A DNA stretch of 64,000 nt from Somniosus microcephalus (lineage: Eukaryota), in the NCBI GenBank assembly GCA_052327205.1, contig CM126207.1:207948001-208012000 (forward strand), written 5' to 3'. The notes beneath the pieces are model-generated. The model saw only the letters and a program-made list of their open reading frames with translations. It searched no databases and was not told where the DNA came from. A program made the position numbers and the translations under genes. Numbering within the stretch: the stretch's first letter is position 1; the number at the start of each line of letters is the position of its first letter. Positions 60,739-64,000 of the stretch are shown one piece after another.

Positions 60739-63700
60739 TGTAGTGTATGTACCTTTAAGGGGAGAACTACTTTTTACAGCTCCTGTATACTGTCGTACCG
60801 GCAGTGACCACACCTGTATATAGACCCTGAGTAGGGATCTGTACTGTTAATTTTAGAGTAACCCTCATCCAGTAAACACCTGTTGATTGTTCTCTGCAGT
60901 CTCTGGTCTAGTTATTGAAGGACACACAACATCAAGATACACGGATTTAACATTGGCGACGAGTCGATTCGAACCTACCTGCAACTCTGCAGAAGAAGGC
61001 CGATTCCACCAGCACGGGCGTCGACCATCCAGCGGAGACTCCAGCGAGACGGGCTGGCAACAGGTACGGCACAGACCCTTCCCGCACAGCGGCAGCTACA
61101 GCCGACCGACGGCACAGGAAAAGGCCGAGCAGCATCGACAGGAGCAGAGAGAGGGTAGAGCGCACAGGGCGCAGCCGGTGTTCAGGACCGAGCGGCGTCG
61201 ACGCGAGAAGAGAGAGGGTAGAGCGCACAGGGCGCAGCCGCTGTTCAGGACCGAGCGGCGTCGACTCGAGAAGAGAGAGGGTAGAGCGCACAGGGCGCAG
61301 CCGCTGTTCAGGACCGAGCGGCGTCAATGAGAGAGGCGCGCAGGAAACCGCGCAGAGTGCAGCCGGTGTTCAAGGGCTGAGCAGCGTCCGCGGGGAAGAA
61401 AGGAAGCGCGGGAGACGCCATTTGAGCCACAGCGGAGAAGAAGGGAGAGCGCGGGAGACGCCATTTTTTTTGAGCCGCAGCAGAAAAGAAGGGAGAGCGC
61501 GGGAGATGCCATTTTTAGCCAGTCTAACCACACCCAGGGATGCCAAAGACTGGCAGTGTCACAGCGTTCGACAATGAAGTCGAAGATTGGACGACATATG
61601 TCGAACGCATAGAAGTGTACTGCAAGGCGAATGAAGTGCCAGATGACAGGAAAGCACTGGTATTGTTGAATTCCATGGATGCAAAAACGTATGGCTTACT
61701 GCAAAACCTAGTAACCCCAGAGAAGCCAGTGGAAAAGGATTTTGAAAACATAGTGTCAATCCTACAGGACCACTTAGACCCCACACCGCTGCTGATAGCG
61801 GAAAGATTTAAGTTTCACAAAAGGAACTAGCATAAAGATGAAAGTAATGCTGAGTTTTTAACGGAACTGCGCAAGCTATCGAAACACTGCCAGTTTGGAA
61901 CGGGACTAGCAGATACTTTAAGGGACAAGTTTGTGTGTGGGCTTCAAAGTGAAGGAACCCAGAAACGGCTTCTATCAGAAAAGGATCTTACGCTGGACAA
62001 GGCTTTCAGCATGGCAGTATCACATGAAGCAGCAGCACGGGGCATGGCAGAGATACAACGGAGACCGCAAGAATATGGCACAAATGAAATGTCATACGGA
62101 ACAGTGAAGTGCTATTGCTACGGCAGAACAACACACGACCATAAGGATTGCTGGTTCAAGGACCAAGTGTGCAGACAGTGTGGAAAAGTAGGACACATAG
62201 CAAGAGTCTGCAGGTCGGAAAAGAAAACCAGCAGCAAGAAATCCCCACAGGAGAAGTACAAGAAGGTACATAAGGTGGCGGAGAGTAGTGCAGACGAACA
62301 GAAAAGTGATACAGACTCCGGAAGCAAGGAGCTGGGTTGTCTGAAACTACATAATGTGATCAAAAAGGAGGATCACCAAACTATCTGGGTCACGCTCAAG
62401 ATAGACGGAGTCCAAGTGAAAATGGAATTGGACACAGGATCAGCCCTAACAGTCATAAACTGAAGGGACTACAAGCGGCTATTCTCACATATACCCTTGA
62501 GAGATACAGAGATTGTCTTGAAGACGTACACGAGGCAAAAAGTCTACCCCAAAGGAAAAATAAGGGTGAACGTTATATATAACGGCAAGGAAACACCAAA
62601 AATGGACCTATATGTATTGGCAGATGGAGGACCACCACTACTAGGACGTGAATGAATCCGGAAGATACAGCTAGATTGGCATTCCATACAAGCACTGACT
62701 GTAGATGCCAAAAAGGATGATGATGTCACACCTGGACAACTGTCAAAAATGCTAACTGATGCACAAGAAGTGTTCCAGGAGGGACTCGGAACACTAAAAG
62801 GCATAACAGCGATGATCAAAATAGAGGAAAATGCAAGCCCAAAGTTCAACCACTATCTCCACGGGCAGAAGTTCACCTTGCTGACTGACCACCAACCACT
62901 TGTCTCCATCTTTAATCCAAAGAAGGGCGTTCCGGTGATGACTGCGCATCCGCCCAGCCGTCGAAGCAGAGCTGGAAGGTTTTGGAACGTTCAGGAGTAC
63001 TGTCCAAAGTGGACTGGAGCGAGTGGGCTACACCCATCGTTCCTGTAATGAAGAGGTCGTTGAGTAATACGCCTGGGGAACCAAAGAAGGTTCGCATCTG
63101 TGGGGACTTTAAGGTGACAGCGAACCCAGTCCTTCACACGGTACAATATCCGCTTCCGCGGATTGAAGATATTTTCGCCTTGCTATTTGGAGGAAAACGT
63201 TTCACTAAGATTGATCTGGCCCAGGCGTACCTGCAAATGGAGGTAGAAGAAGCCTCGAAACAGTACCTCACGATCAACACTCATAAAGGTCTCTACCAAT
63301 ACAACCGGCTGGTGTTCGGGGTAGCATCAGCTCCGGCTATTTGGCAAAGGGCAATGGATCAAGTCCTGCAAGGGATTCCAGGGACCCAGTGTTATTTGGA
63401 CGACATCCTGGTCACGGGCGAAAATGACAATGATCACCTCGCCAACCTGGAGCAGGTGCTCACTAGATTGAAGGAATATGGGCTCCGAGCTAATCGCCAC
63501 AAATGCAAATTTTTCCAGAAGCAGATCTCGTATTGTGGCCACGTTATTGATGAAGAGGGGTTACATAAGTCCCCTGAAAAGATTGAGGCAGTAGTCAAGG
63601 CTCCAGCACCGGAAAATGTGTCACAACTGAGTTCGTTCCTCGGGCTGGTGAACTACTACCATAAGTTCTTGCCGAATTTGTCTACAGTACTACACCCACT

Positions 63701-64000
63701 GAACACCCTACTGCAAACGGGGGTACCATGGAAGTAGAATGACGAATGTAAACGAGCTTTCCAGAAGTGCAAAGAATTGATCACATCAAAAGAGGTGTTG
63801 GCTCATTTCAACCCAGCACTACCAATTCGGTTGGCGTGTGATGCATCACCCTATGGTATTGGAGCAGTGCTGTCGCACAAATTCCCGGACGGCTCGGAGA
63901 GGCCAGTAGCCTTTGCGTCTCGGTCACTAACCTCAGCCGAGCGTAACTACGCCCAGATTGACAGGGAGGCCCTCAGCCTAGTGTGGGGAGTGAAAAAGTT
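60739..64000 (+). mobile_element. Decayed Ty3/Gypsy (Mag-like) LTR retrotransposon, 5' part, in a TSNAXIP1 intron
   Basis: 5' LTR TG..CA at about 60739-60952; PBS TGGCGACGAG (tRNA-Ser-like) at 60954; gag from 61540 with zinc knuckles (CRQCGKVGHIARVC); protease ELDTGS; RT YLDD; RNase H ACDASPYGIG; several in-frame stops. Confidence 0.95.
61141..61520 (+). repeat. Tandem repeats in the Gypsy 5' leader (60-bp x3, then about 50-55-bp x3)
   Basis: GAGAGAGGGTAGAGCGCACAGGGCGCAGCC…GGACCGAGCGGCGTC x3; AGCGCGGGAGA(C/T)GCCATTT x3. Confidence 0.9.

Noticed and set aside
60887-61330. 147-aa Arg-rich repetitive ORF
   Set aside because: Spans the LTR, PBS and leader repeats; non-ATG start; stops before gag

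Overview
Eukaryotic (vertebrate) genomic DNA, most likely a cartilaginous fish, inferred from the Deu-type SINE, CR1 and Penelope repeat content. It is not prokaryotic, so most entries in the ORF track are spurious or transposon debris. Three host genes lie in the order known from human 16q22.1. THAP11/Ronin is intronless on the - strand (312-974). CENPT is complete on the + strand: a CpG promoter near 5.1 kb, a non-coding exon 1, and 16 phase-consistent coding exons I reconstructed by hand (7918-43325, about 803 aa). The last six coding exons of TSNAXIP1 are on the - strand (47295-60123). Introns are filled with CR1, L2/Crack-like, RTE and Penelope retroelements, SINEs, hAT, Tc1-mariner and Harbinger-type MITEs, a fossil Harbinger transposase, a CpG-rich solo LTR and a decayed Gypsy element. 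The main finding is that CENPT carries a tandem duplication of a two-exon, 67-aa cassette matching the Mis12-complex-recruiting segment, with both copies intact. A second exon family in its acidic linker includes a dead pseudo-exon. Other highlights are THAP11/ZNF143-type motifs in both promoters, a minimal hammerhead ribozyme in a Penelope end, and an RNase H segment displaced upstream of RT in the Gypsy copy. Comparisons with human proteins are from memory, not from a database search.
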